Below, one piece after another: positions 52,601 through 62,946 of a stretch of 64,000 bases of DNA. The notes under the pieces were generated by a model that was not told the DNA's origin, ran no database searches, and saw only the letters and a program-made list of their open reading frames with translations. The stretch comes from a virus: IMG/VR virus record IMGVR_UViG_3300044796_000159. One strand, given 5' to 3'. The first letter of the stretch is position 1; each line of letters starts with the position of its first letter. A program made the position numbers and the translations under genes.

Positions 52601-54157
52601 GCATTATCTCCGAGAATAATATTCGTTATCTATAGGATTATTAAATTCTATTTGATTGAATAAATAATCATTTCCTGCTATAGTTGGTTGTGATAATTCA
52701 TTATTTAATGTCTTTAAAGAAGTTTGATTTTGATTATTAATTCCTACATTTGAATTATTAATATTTCCAATAGTATCACCACTAATTTTTTTTCTAAAAA
52801 AAGAAGGCACTGCATAGCAATTATAGTAATATACCGAACCAGTTCCTTGAAACCATATTCTGGGAAGATATGGCGGTGGCAATAAACTATCAAGATGATT
52901 GTCATACACAACACTAGGACCGTTATTTATGACTCTTGCTGTCATAGTTGTACTTTGAATTGCGGCTAAAGTTTTGGCATCGAATGGATAGACGCCAAAA
53001 TTACCATTTACATCCACATAAAATAACTGTTCTACATTATTTGTCGCACCAGTAGAATTATTATAGGCCGTAAAATATGAATATCCAGTATTTTGGTCAA
53101 GAAAATAATTATAGCCAGAATCATGATTTGTATCTTGTGTTCCTGTAAAAATATATTTCAAAGAACTACTGACAATTGTTTTATCTACTCCGCAACGAAT
53201 TAGAAAAAAGAACTACAGCGTACCCATTAAAAGAAGCTGAATTGTAATTAAATCCATAACCAATATAATTTGGGCCGACAGAAAATCCCATCATATTACT
53301 AAATTCTAATCCGCCTTGAAGACGATTGAAAGTATTATCTATTAAGTTATATGTGCCGGCATTACCAGTATCTGATTTTAAAAGTGAAATACAACCTCTA
53401 TTCGAATTAAAATCAAAATAATCGCTTTGCAAAACAAATGATTGAGTTAAATAATTTTTAAAACCTAACGTAGAACTGTTATAAGTGCCAGCGCCAATTG
53501 CACCATATACAGGAACCCAAGTGACACCATTATCTGTTGATTTAACTACAGTCTCTTGAAAATCGCCATAAAAATCTAATTTATTGACATATATATTATT
53601 TTTACTATCAACTGAAAAATAATTATTATTTTCATTATTGTCGCCGTCAGGTTGAAAAGAAGAAGCTGTGACTGGTATTAGGAAATTGGCGCCGGGATTT
53701 GAAGCGCTAAATTTTATAATATTTAAATGTCCAAGTAGATAAATATTTCCACCAGGAACAGTAGTATAATCTAAGTACTGACCCATTATAGAAGATGAAG
53801 ACGACATATAAGTAAAGGTAGGAGCGACACTCATAATGAAAGCATTATAGCCAGAAGCATGTCCGCCAGATTCACCTTGGTTATTATCGCCAACATCTAA
53901 AACGTTACTTCCGTGTAACTATTAAATCTAAATAACCATGAAACCTTCCAAAATTAGGAATATTAAGTGCGTCTATATTAAAAAAATTATTAAAAGTTTG
54001 TATTATGTTGCCGCCCTGACTCAAATCATAATTTTCGCCTTGAAAAGTATAATTGGAAATTGTAGGACTTCCGCTGTTATTTGGATGCTCGATTGCGCCA
54101 CTAATCTTAATTAATGAATTTCTATCTTTTACTATGATGCTATTACCGCTTGCTCAT
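49690..54157 (-). CDS. Giant BNR/beta-propeller-like fibre or spike protein (about 1,486 aa), seven +1 shifts at CGG
   Basis: CGG at 54146-54148, 53911-53913, 53190-53192, 52610-52612, 52537-52539, 52515-52517, 51632-51634. Starts MSK|GNSIIVKDRNSLIKISGAIEHPNNSG...; BNR-like motifs VVKSTDNGVTWVPV, SQDDGNTWSL, RRSLDLGNTWTTV, VSLDGGTTWQG. 4468 nt minus 7 = 1487 codons. The track has no ORF for 51850-52604, but the corrected frame is fully open there. Confidence 0.85.
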
Positions 54158-54158
54158 T

Positions 54159-57135
54159 TTATTTACCGTGAGGCATAACATCGCCTTCAAAAAATTTCAT
54201 CATTGAGCCGAGAAAATCTATAAAAATCTTTAATTTCAATTTCAGGAATTGTAACTGGTGTGTGGAATACGGGATATTGGTATTGATATTTTGGTCTTTC
54301 CAAAAGATGACTTTGTACAACTTGTTCTCCACCGATAAATTTAACTTTAGTTGGCAATAATTGTTGTATTGCATCGCTTATCTTCTTATCATACCACTGA
54401 AATAGATTAAAGAAACTATTAAAATTTATACTATCGCCCAATTTTTGAAAATAGATTTTTCTAAGTTTTTCTAAATCAACATAGCTATCTCTATATTTGT
54501 TAATTGGCTTACCAATATATTCATTTAAATTAGTGAGTGTAGAAAATATTTTTACAATATCTTTATTTAAAGCGTCAATTAAATTAAATTCTAATGACAC
54601 TTCATTGGTATCACTGGCTATATCCTTTTCAGTTAAAAATGTTTTATTTCTAATTCTTATCTTATTTTCTGTCCACTTCAAATCAACAGACGGGCTCAGA
54701 TAGTTGTAATTAAAAATAAATTTTTCAAATGGATTGTTGCTTGTTGGAAATCCAATACCGCTGCCACTATGACCATTTTGAGAATAATCCATTATAGCGC
54801 TAAACGTTCCGGCAGCACTAGACGAAAGATTATCGCTTAGTGGCCAACGGGCAATCAATGGATTTGGAAATTCTAATGGGTCTCTAGTTCCATAATTTTC
54901 AAAATTAAGAGTATGGGAATTTCTTTCAGAACCTGAAAGACTTCTATTCCAAAATCTATATTCTAAAAAATGTCCTTGTGCTGGTATAGCGGCTGTAGAT
55001 GAACCAGAAGTTGCACCAATAAGAAAATCATAACTTGAACTAGTAAAGACACCGCTAAATGCCAACGAACCAGTAAATTGATATGAAAAATCTATATATG
55101 TATCATTTAATTTTTGAACAGTAATTTGCGGCTTATTATTTCCTTGTAAGCCAGCGCCAATATAAACAAATCTTCCATCAAATAACTGAATATTGCTACT
55201 TGAAAAAACTTGACCATCATTACCAGACAATATCAAATAACCAGTATCTAAACTAAGACCATCCTTTGTCCATTGTAAGTCAAAAGAATGAGTTCCACTC
55301 GCGAATTGCCATAAATTACCTTGAAGAATAGAAGAACTATAACTTGCATTTGCCCAAGGTAATTGAACAGTACATTCAACTTCAAATCCACTACTATGAG
55401 TTCCGCTGAATAAAGCGGGAACTTTAATATATGAAGAGCTAAAGGTTCCAGTTATGCCTAATGTGGCTACTGGTTTGTCATTTGCAATATAATCGTCTTG
55501 CAATGAGCCACCTGGAAGGTAACCGTATTCTTTTATAGAAATATTATTTTTATTCAATCCCAAAACGTTGAATAAACTATCAACGTTATATCTCTTTCCT
55601 TTTGAGGCATATAAATAAGGAAGATTATTTAAAATTCTTCTCCAAAATTCATTTCTGATTTCTACTAGAGGAACATTTAAAGAACCAGATGCTAATATTC
55701 CTTCGCCAAAGAAAAATTCTAATGGGTCTGCGTCACTAAAATGTTCTGTTAATTTCCATCCAAAATATTTTGTTAAATTGGATAAAAATAAATCTGGTAC
55801 TTCATCAGTTCCTTTGTAATTTGTAGTTTTAATATTATCAAATTGGTCTATATAAAGTTTTATTTCATCGAAATATCTAGACATCGCCAATGAAAAGCTG
55901 GTTAAAATACCACTTTGAGCGTCATCTACTTCTAATATTTTTTCAGGAATAAGATTGAAAATAAAATTAGGATTTGTATCATCATAATAAGATGCCGATT
56001 GATACATCGAAGATGTAAAAGCGATTACACTTGGATGAAAATTGTATAAAATTGGTTGTGCTTCATCATCTGGAAATATGGCGCCGGCAACTCTTATTGA
56101 CGAAGTATAATTTGTAATAATTGCATTTAAATTACTTTTTGAATAGTCTATAACATTTTTATCATAGTAATCTAAACCAATTACTCCTTCATTAAAGGTA
56201 TATCTTAATTTAACATAATCTTCAGCGTAAATTGGTTCGTTGTAAAATTTTTCATGAAAAGCAGAACTAGCCGTATGCATAATTCTAACTTCATCCATAG
56301 AACCTGAATAAAGTTTATAAACGCCAAAAACATTTGGAAAAGTAGTATAGGTACTGCCGCTGCCCACATAAACATTCGCATTTTGAAATTCGATTGGTCC
56401 ATAATTAACAGACGAAGATGCATATTGATTACTGTCAATAAATAAAGAAACCAAACCTCTTGGTTGGTCGTATATTGCTGCTACGTTATGCCAAGAGCCA
56501 GTAAAGCCTGTATATGGAGTTGAGGCCGTTATAGCAAATGAGGCAGAATAAAGAGTAAATTTTAAGATTGGAGAAGTAGTTCCAGAAATAGTAAAATCAT
56601 AACCATTTCTAAAAGTGCTCGCAACGTTTCCACTTACCACTTGCAATATTGAATTTTCTCCATTGACAACTGGATTAATCCAAGTAGAAACATATAAAGA
56701 AGAAGAACCCAAAAATAATTTACTATCACTATCAAATGTAGAAATATATTCGGTTGTTCCATTGAAATTTAAATATCCATTGTAAGAAGGCCAATTATCA
56801 GTTACATAATTTTCATATCCAGAACCAGAAGTAAAATATAAATCAAATTCTTCTGAATTGCCGTTATAAGGATATTGGTTCAGAACTCTATTTTGAGCTA
56901 TACTAGATTTTTTAATTGCGGAATCAAAAAAAACGTGATTGCTAAAAGAACTATAATCAACTTTAAGGGTTGTTATTTGATTTGCTTCAAGAATGCGCTT
57001 AACTTTCTCGCGTTCTTGGCTGAAATCTCCAAGGTCGTCAAAAGAAGTATTGGCTGTAGAATGGAGATTGGAGTCCGCAGTTTGATTTGCGGAAGTACCA
57101 ATTTGAAATCCTGTCTTGCGTTTGTTATTTGCCAT
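54159..57135 (-). CDS. Large baseplate protein with LamG/concanavalin-like domains, +1 shift at CGG 54208-54210 near the C-terminus
   Basis: YLNFNGTTEYISTFDSDSKLFLGSSSLYVSTWINPV...GSWHNVAAIYDQPRGLVSLFIDSN...GSMDEVRI; C-term after shift ...IKDFYRFS|GSMMKFFEGDVMPHGK* versus frame 0 SRLNDEIF*. 2977 nt minus 1 = 992 codons. Confidence 0.8.
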
Positions 57136-57136
57136 A

Positions 57137-58535
57137 TTAAATTATTTTAAAAATATATTCGCCATTAGTTCCAAAAACTTTTTTATCGTATTTGTTATTA
57201 TATAACAAAAATTGAAGCTCGTAAGTAAAACCAGGAACAAACATGCTAAAATCTAAATCAAAATAATTTCCATCAGCATTGTAACTGCATTGAGTGTGTG
57301 AATAAGAGCCAGTTCCATATGGAATTATAACGGCGCCGGACTCATGGTCTGATACTGACCAGTATAAATTCTCAATATACTCTTTTTGAATCGCAAAACT
57401 TGCGCTCTTCAATACTCCCACGTGAGTTCTATAATCTTTTTTACGCACAAAAACTTTCAATCTATCTTGTTCGCTTTCTCCATAGGTTTCTTTTAAATTA
57501 GTAACGCTCAAAACAAACTCATTATATGGGTCAACTTGCGAACCAGTTAAATTCAGTGGAGAAAACGCCCCAGTCAAATAAGAGCTTGCGCCGGAAAACC
57601 AAATATCATAAAATGTTCCACTAAAGCTCGCTGTATTGACGACATTCAAGGACATACTGTAGATACCAGTCTCAACAAACGAAGCTGTATAGGTCGCCAT
57701 AAAGCTCGCAGAACCACCAATTGCACCACTCATTCCATATGAACTTGAAATATGGTCTTGAACTCTTACTAATATTGGTTGTGAAAGATTTTGTAACTGG
57801 CCTCTAACAAAATTATACAAATACAAATTGTTATTTTGATTATAAGCGAAGTTTTTTCTATTATCTTTTCTCGCATCATTCCAACGAGCTTCAATAAATG
57901 GCAACTTATCAATAAATTTTGTAGAACGACCATAAAAATCTTTAATATAGTAATCAATAGTATTGTTTTCGTAGGTACTTGAAAGCATTAAAATCAATCC
58001 ATTGTTTGCGATAGTAGTTCCAGACAGCCATTCATTGACGAATGGAGTAATATCCATTTCTAAATCATCGGTTCCTTGGTCAAAGTGCTGTGAAGCTGAA
58101 AAAGATGAAGAAATAAAATCTCCACCAGCATTGGTCCAATTAGTAATTGAATTTGGTTGCGCCCAATTGGCGTATCCAAGACTTAGATTTTCAATATCGA
58201 CGCCAATTCCCTCGTCCCAAGATTGAGAAAGAGGAAAAGCGTATAAGTCATAGCTCGTTGGAGTCGTATCATCATGCGGCATATCATACATCTTTAAAAG
58301 ATATTGAACGCTTGAAGAAGGAATAGTTTTATTAACAAAAATACTTTGAGATAAATTTGATAAAGAAAATTTTACAAGAACTCTTCCAAGCTCAGTTGCT
58401 CCGATTGCTTTTTCTTGCAAATACAGACAAAACAGGGTCCGAACCAAAGTTTGCGCCCGTTAATGCAGTATTTGAACTGTCTAATTGCGTAGTAATCCAT
58501 GTATCAGCGGAAGGAACTATTCTAAAAACACCCAT
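57137..58535 (-). CDS. Baseplate-associated structural protein, +1 shift at CGG 58401-58403
   Basis: MGVFRIVPSADTWITTQLDSSNTALTGANFGSDPVLSVFARKSN|GATELGRVLVKFSLSNLSQSIFVNKTIPSSSVQYLLKMYDMPHDD...; 1399 nt minus 1 = 466 codons. Confidence 0.8.
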
Positions 58536-60369
58536 TATTTAGCTACTCCCTTAATATCTACGTTTTTGTATTTTATTTCAAACATCGAATTAGAATTACA
58601 ATAAATTAAACCATTGTTAGTGTTTGCTGCTACGTTAAATGGTGTAGTGGAATATTGTCTACCATTAGATATACCAGTTAAATTAACGAAATTCAGATTT
58701 GTAATAGAAACAACTCCAGGAACATCTTTAATAACAACATATATATCGCTTATATTTATTGGTTGATTCATTGAAAAATTATTTGTATCAAAAAAATCAA
58801 TCAACTGAGTTATACAATTTGATAAAACTTCATTTTTATTATAGTCTGGATTAGTCAATACGCCAAAATTGAATCCGAGATTAATAATCTGTCCATCCAA
58901 CAGTTCAATTGCGTCACTCATCATTCTAAATCTTGATAAGTATGTTTGAAGATTTTGTTTTAATGTAGGTGGTGCAACAGTTAAATATCCATTTTGGTCA
59001 ATAGACAATACAATTAACTCTAATGAATTTTGATTCAATGGATTTAATTGAACGTTGCCTCTAAAAACAGAACCAAATTTTGCAGGCATAGACAATGTAC
59101 GGGCAATATAGTCAGGCGCAGTAACAACTCTTGACTGTGAAGCGTAAATTGCTGGTATTAATTGCTTTAAAGTGTCTACATCAATCTCGTCATTGCCGCC
59201 TTGTATCGCTTGTGAATTAGTAACAGAAAAAGAATTTCCTACATCTCTTACGGTCGATGTATTAAGTGTGCTGTCTCCAATTTCAAACGTCTTATCTCCA
59301 ATAGTATTTACTTGGCCAACGCCAGCGTTTGTCAAAATGCCGCCGCCAACTCTATAAGAAATTGTAAGCGTAGTATTTACTGGAGTTAAACCTAACGTAC
59401 TGGTTCTTAAAAAATTCTGTGGATTTAAAGTAAAGTCAGTAAATGTAGATTTGCCAAAAGTAGGTAATGATAAGTCTCCTAAGTCTGGTATCAAATCTCC
59501 GTCAAAAGATTGCGCATCACCACTGCCAAACGTTATGCTTGTAATTCCGGTAGAAAAATCAAATTCAGTTATAAATCTAAAAGGAACAGCGCGCAAAATT
59601 AAAACATATGGAACTTCCGATGCGTCTTGTCCTGTATTTGGCTGAACATCAAAGACTGTATCTTGCGCCAAGAAGTCAACTTCATACCAAATATTTCCTT
59701 CGCTGTCTGTAATATTTAAAACTTCAATGACATCATTATCTGGTAAATTTATAGAATAAAATGCTTCATAAGAACCAACATTGACGGTCGTAGTTTTAGT
59801 TTGGCCGGCAATTACTGGTATATTTTGCAATTCGATGTTGTAATTGATTGGTTGATTTGTTTTTGGGTCTCTTTGGCTAACAGATACGAGAGATGAACTT
59901 AAAATATTAACAGTGCTAAAGTCAGCGTCCTCTTGTGTTTCATAAGAGAATCCGAGAAACACTTCTTAACGAGGCGCCTTTTTTAATAATACCAGCATAT
60001 CTCATATCGGGAGAAAATCTGCCATTTGTATTTATTGCAGGAACTGTAATGGTTCCATCTACTACTCCGATTAGCCGCTGTTTTTCCAAATGCTTTGAAT
60101 CCAAGTTGTTTTGCATGTTTAAATACATTTTTAACTTCTTGAGCGGTCTCTGTATAGCTTTCATTAAATCTTTTATCAATGTAATAGCCGGCAATGTCAC
60201 CAAAGAATGCACCAATTTCAGTTAACATCATTCCAGAAGAGCTATCTTGAAAGTCTTGATACGTGTTTGGAAAATACACCTTTAAGTGGTTAATAAAATT
60301 AGACTTTTGTTGTTGGAAATCGCGCCCCAAATAGGATATAATGCGTTTCTTGTAAGTGCTTGTTGCCAA
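58535..60369 (-). CDS. Baseplate wedge protein (T4 gp6 / J-like), +1 shifts at CGG 60067-60069 and 59952-59954
   Basis: MATSTYKKRIISYLGRDFQQQKSNFINHLKVYFPNTYQDFQDSSSGMMLTEIGAFFGDIAGYYIDKRFNESYTETAQEVKNVFKHAKQLGFKAFGKTAAN|GVVDGTITVPAINTNGRFSPDMRYAGIIKKGASLRSVS|GFSYETQEDADFSTV...; 1835 nt minus 2 = 611 codons. Confidence 0.88.
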
Positions 60370-60383
60370 AGTAATTTAACCTC

Positions 60384-60767
60384 TTATAATGTTATATTTG
60401 TAGAAAAAACACCGTCAATTTGTCCATTAACGGAAAACTGTATACTTATCTTTAATTGATTTTCGCCTAAATTGTCATCTGTATCTTGAGTGTCAATCGT
60501 AATATTATTGACTTTAACATACGGCATCCATTTGTTAATGGCAAAAATTATTAAATCTTTAGCCGCTTGAGCTAAATCAAGTCCTTGCTGAAATAAAAGA
60601 CTTCTTAAGTTGGCGCCAAAGTCGTATTGCATTGGACGTTCACCATAATTTGTTAACAACAAAATCAATAAATCATCTTGTACCTGGTCAATTGTAAGCG
60701 TGTTTATAGTAAAACCGCCTTGTGGTGATTTAGTAAAAGGAAATGCGAAGCCAATACCGTTTGCCAT
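60384..60767 (-). CDS. Baseplate wedge protein (T4 gp25/lysozyme-like fold)
   Basis: GIGFAFPFTKSPQGGFTINTLTIDQVQDDLLILLLTNYGERPMQYDFGANLRSLLFQ. Confidence 0.88.
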   Translation of the reverse strand: MANGIGFAFPFTKSPQGGFTINTLTIDQVQDDLLILLLTNYGERPMQYDFGANLRSLLFQQGLDLAQAAKDLIIFAINKWMPYVKVNNITIDTQDTDDNLGENQLKISIQFSVNGQIDGVFSTNITL

Positions 60768-60805
60768 TTTATATAATTATAAGAAATATTTCTTTTGGAT
60801 AGAAA

Positions 60806-61267
60806 TTAAGCAAAAGGAATAGGAGCAGTAACACCTGAAGCTGTATTTGTGGCTGAACAAACAATTGTAGAAGTCCAAATATGTATTTGTCCTGAAATAA
60901 AATCGGCAGCTTGTACTTTATTATTGGGCGCAGTTAAAGTTTGGCCTATAATAGCGCTTTGAAGAGGCGCAACAATAACGGTAATGCCTGTAAATGCCGG
61001 GCCTACCCACACAACAGGCGTCCACCATTGTTGAAGATTACTTCCTAAATCATTCATAAAAGATTTTCCAGCCATAGATTTAGTAAACAATCCTTGTAGT
61101 GTAGCAACATTTAAAGAAGGCAAAGGAGTGAGTGCGCCAGCAAGACCAGCAGCAGAATAATTAAAAATGGCATTTGCCCATAATAGAGAAGCTTGTGCTA
61201 GTGTCTTTGGCTGACTTGACAATATTGATTGAATTCCTTGTTTTAAAACTGGTTGTACTAGCGGCAT
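60806..61267 (-). CDS. Baseplate-region hypothetical protein
   Basis: 153 aa intact ORF. Confidence 0.5.
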   Translation of the reverse strand: MPLVQPVLKQGIQSILSSQPKTLAQASLLWANAIFNYSAAGLAGALTPLPSLNVATLQGLFTKSMAGKSFMNDLGSNLQQWWTPVVWVGPAFTGITVIVAPLQSAIIGQTLTAPNNKVQAADFISGQIHIWTSTIVCSATNTASGVTAPIPFA

Positions 61268-61268
61268 A

Positions 61269-62409
61269 TTATTTTAGATTATTTACCTTTGATAACATTT
61301 GATTTAATCCTGAAGAAATTTGAGCTTTGATTGCGTCGCTCAATGGTTGTAGTGGAGCTGGCCCTGCTGGAGTTGGTAATTGAAAGCTTGCAATGGCGGA
61401 CAACATATCATTAAAAATTTGTTTAAGTGTTTTTCCGCAAAACCATTGGTTCTGTACCGCTAGATTTATCAGATAAATAAGTATTTTTGGCACTTAAATA
61501 AGCATCTCCACCATCAGATATCATTCTTATGCCTTTTTTGCCAAGTAATCTTAATTCATCGCTTTTAATAGCGATAGCTGGAGTAGATTTGACTGCTGGA
61601 CCGAACAGATAAGCCCATATTATCATCTGGATTTGTCTTTTTTGAAATTATAATATAAGACATATCTTTTTTCCAATTAATGTCTTCTTTGTCAGAGCGA
61701 CCAGCGATTGCAAAAATAGTTCCAGCTTCTGCCGCTTCACCGAGAAGTCACATCAGTAACTCTATCTCTGGAAATAATTATAAGAGCATCATTAGAACCT
61801 AAAATTCCTCTATCTCCAACGCGCGCTGTAAATGGTTGAACAGTTTCTTTGGTAAATTCTGCCGACTGAGTAATAGTTCCTGGCTTAATATCTGAATCGG
61901 CTGAATCTTGTTCGATACCAACCGAACTAGAATCGTTGGCTTTGCCAGTTCCGCAATTCTTTATTATACTTATCGCTTCCTAAAACTAAATTAGTGTTAT
62001 CAACATTAGAATTTTCAGGAATTCTTGTTAGCCACAGACCATGCGTCTTGGTTGCGTTATCTTCAAAAATAACATATATGTGTTCGCCTTCTTTAACAGG
62101 CATAACATCATAAGGAAACAAAGGCCAAAAGATTGCTAAATTACTATCATCTGTTGCTCTATCGTGTCCGTTAGATACTACTCTCGCTTGAATACTATTT
62201 TTAGGATTTGGAGAAATGTTATTGCTGTCTGGATTTACTTTGGCGGCTTTTCCTTCTAGTTGACCGCCTATTTGGTCTATTTTTACGGCTATCGCTCTGT
62301 ATAGAAAGGTATTATCATCTAATTCGCCGCTAACATAATCATTAATCATATTGTTAATGATTCTTTCGGGATGCATTATATCTTTAGGGCGTATCGGTTT
62401 TCTTGGCAT
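61269..62409 (-). CDS. gp5-like baseplate hub protein (OB-fold N-terminus), four +1 shifts at CGG
   Basis: CGG at 61951-61953, 61740-61742, 61601-61603, 61435-61437. ...SIQARVVSNGHDRATDDSNLAIFWPLFPYDVMPVKEGEHIYVIFEDNATKTHGLWLTRIPE...SDKYNKEL|GTGKANDSSSVGIEQ...RDRVTDVTS|GEAAEAGTIFAIAGRSDKEDINWKKDMSYIIISKKTNPDDNMGLSV|GPAVKSTPAIAIKSDELRLLGKKGIRMISDGGDAYLSAKNTYLSDKSSGTEPMVL|GKTLKQIFNDMLSAIASFQ...; 1141 nt minus 4 = 379 codons. Confidence 0.82.
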
Positions 62410-62629
62410 TATATTTGTTAAGCTCTTCTTCTATAACCTTTATTAACTTTTCTGGGTCTTTAATCTCTAAGCCTCTACTAATAAATTCATTAGATAAAAA
62501 CTGTAATTCATTTCTCATCTTGCCAAATTTATCTAATTGATATGCTAATTCTTTTGCAGAGTCAGCATATTTCTCTATTAAATAACTATAACGAGATAGC
62601 AGCTCTCCAGTATCAACATCTTCAAACAT
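62384..62629 (-). CDS. Small coiled-coil protein
   Basis: 81 aa ORF. Confidence 0.45.
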   Translation of the reverse strand: MFEDVDTGELLSRYSYLIEKYADSAKELAYQLDKFGKMRNELQFLSNEFISRGLEIKDPEKLIKVIEEELNKYNAKKTDTP

Positions 62630-62630
62630 T

Positions 62631-62930
62631 TTATTGGCGGATTGCCTCGTTTAATTTTAATAAATCTTCTTCGGAAAGACCAGCGTCTTCTTTCTTGGGG
62701 GCGTCTTTTTTAACCGCTTTGTAAAATTCTAAAATTTGTGCAGTTTGTTTAAGAACTAAATCACCACTTTTTACTAAGGGGTCTGACAAAAGAAGTAATT
62801 TTTCAGGTTGTTCCCCTATCATTTTTTTAATATCATTGTATTGCTTAAGTACTATATCTCTATCTTCTTCAAATTGAGTATATAGTTTTTCACATAGTTC
62901 GATTACATCATTGTTTGATAATTTGCTCAT
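62631..62930 (-). CDS. Small coiled-coil protein
   Basis: 99 aa ORF. Confidence 0.5.
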   Translation of the reverse strand: MSKLSNNDVIELCEKLYTQFEEDRDIVLKQYNDIKKMIGEQPEKLLLLSDPLVKSGDLVLKQTAQILEFYKAVKKDAPKKEDAGLSEEDLLKLNEAIRQ

Positions 62931-62946
62931 ACTATATGTAGTCTAT

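Larger units (their letters stand above)
2042..62409 (-). other. 46 in-register CGG codons acting as +1 recoding sites (plus-strand CCG coordinates of each)
   Basis: 3588-3590; 4255-4257; 4343-4345; 10357-10359; 11362-11364; 12611-12613; 18737-18739; 18765-18767; 19710-19712; 22354-22356; 22394-22396; 29788-29790; 29942-29944; 31017-31019; 31204-31206; 36799-36801; 36957-36959; 36997-36999; 37028-37030; 37782-37784; 39054-39056; 41666-41668; 41856-41858; 43770-43772; 46413-46415; 46872-46874; 47305-47307; 47585-47587; 47709-47711; 47896-47898; 47912-47914; 51632-51634; 52515-52517; 52537-52539; 52610-52612; 53190-53192; 53911-53913; 54146-54148; 54208-54210; 58401-58403; 59952-59954; 60067-60069; 61435-61437; 61601-61603; 61740-61742; 61951-61953. 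Each is in register with the gene start after counting previous shifts. Confidence 0.9.

Noticed and set aside
2042-62409. Random long-read indels or generic pseudogenisation as explanation of the fragmented ORFs
   Set aside because: All 46 required corrections have the same sign (+1), the same base and the same codon register (in-frame CGG), none at homopolymers, and genes are otherwise intact with conserved motifs. A systematic frame-independent base-calling error near GG, for example from modified bases, should also hit TGG and NNG|GNN contexts and the capsid/sheath genes. Not fully excluded without raw reads.
2042-62409. Classical programmed frameshifting (prfB or tail-chaperone type)
   Set aside because: No shared slippery P-site, stop codon or Shine-Dalgarno-like stimulator across sites; far too many sites in genes that normally have none.
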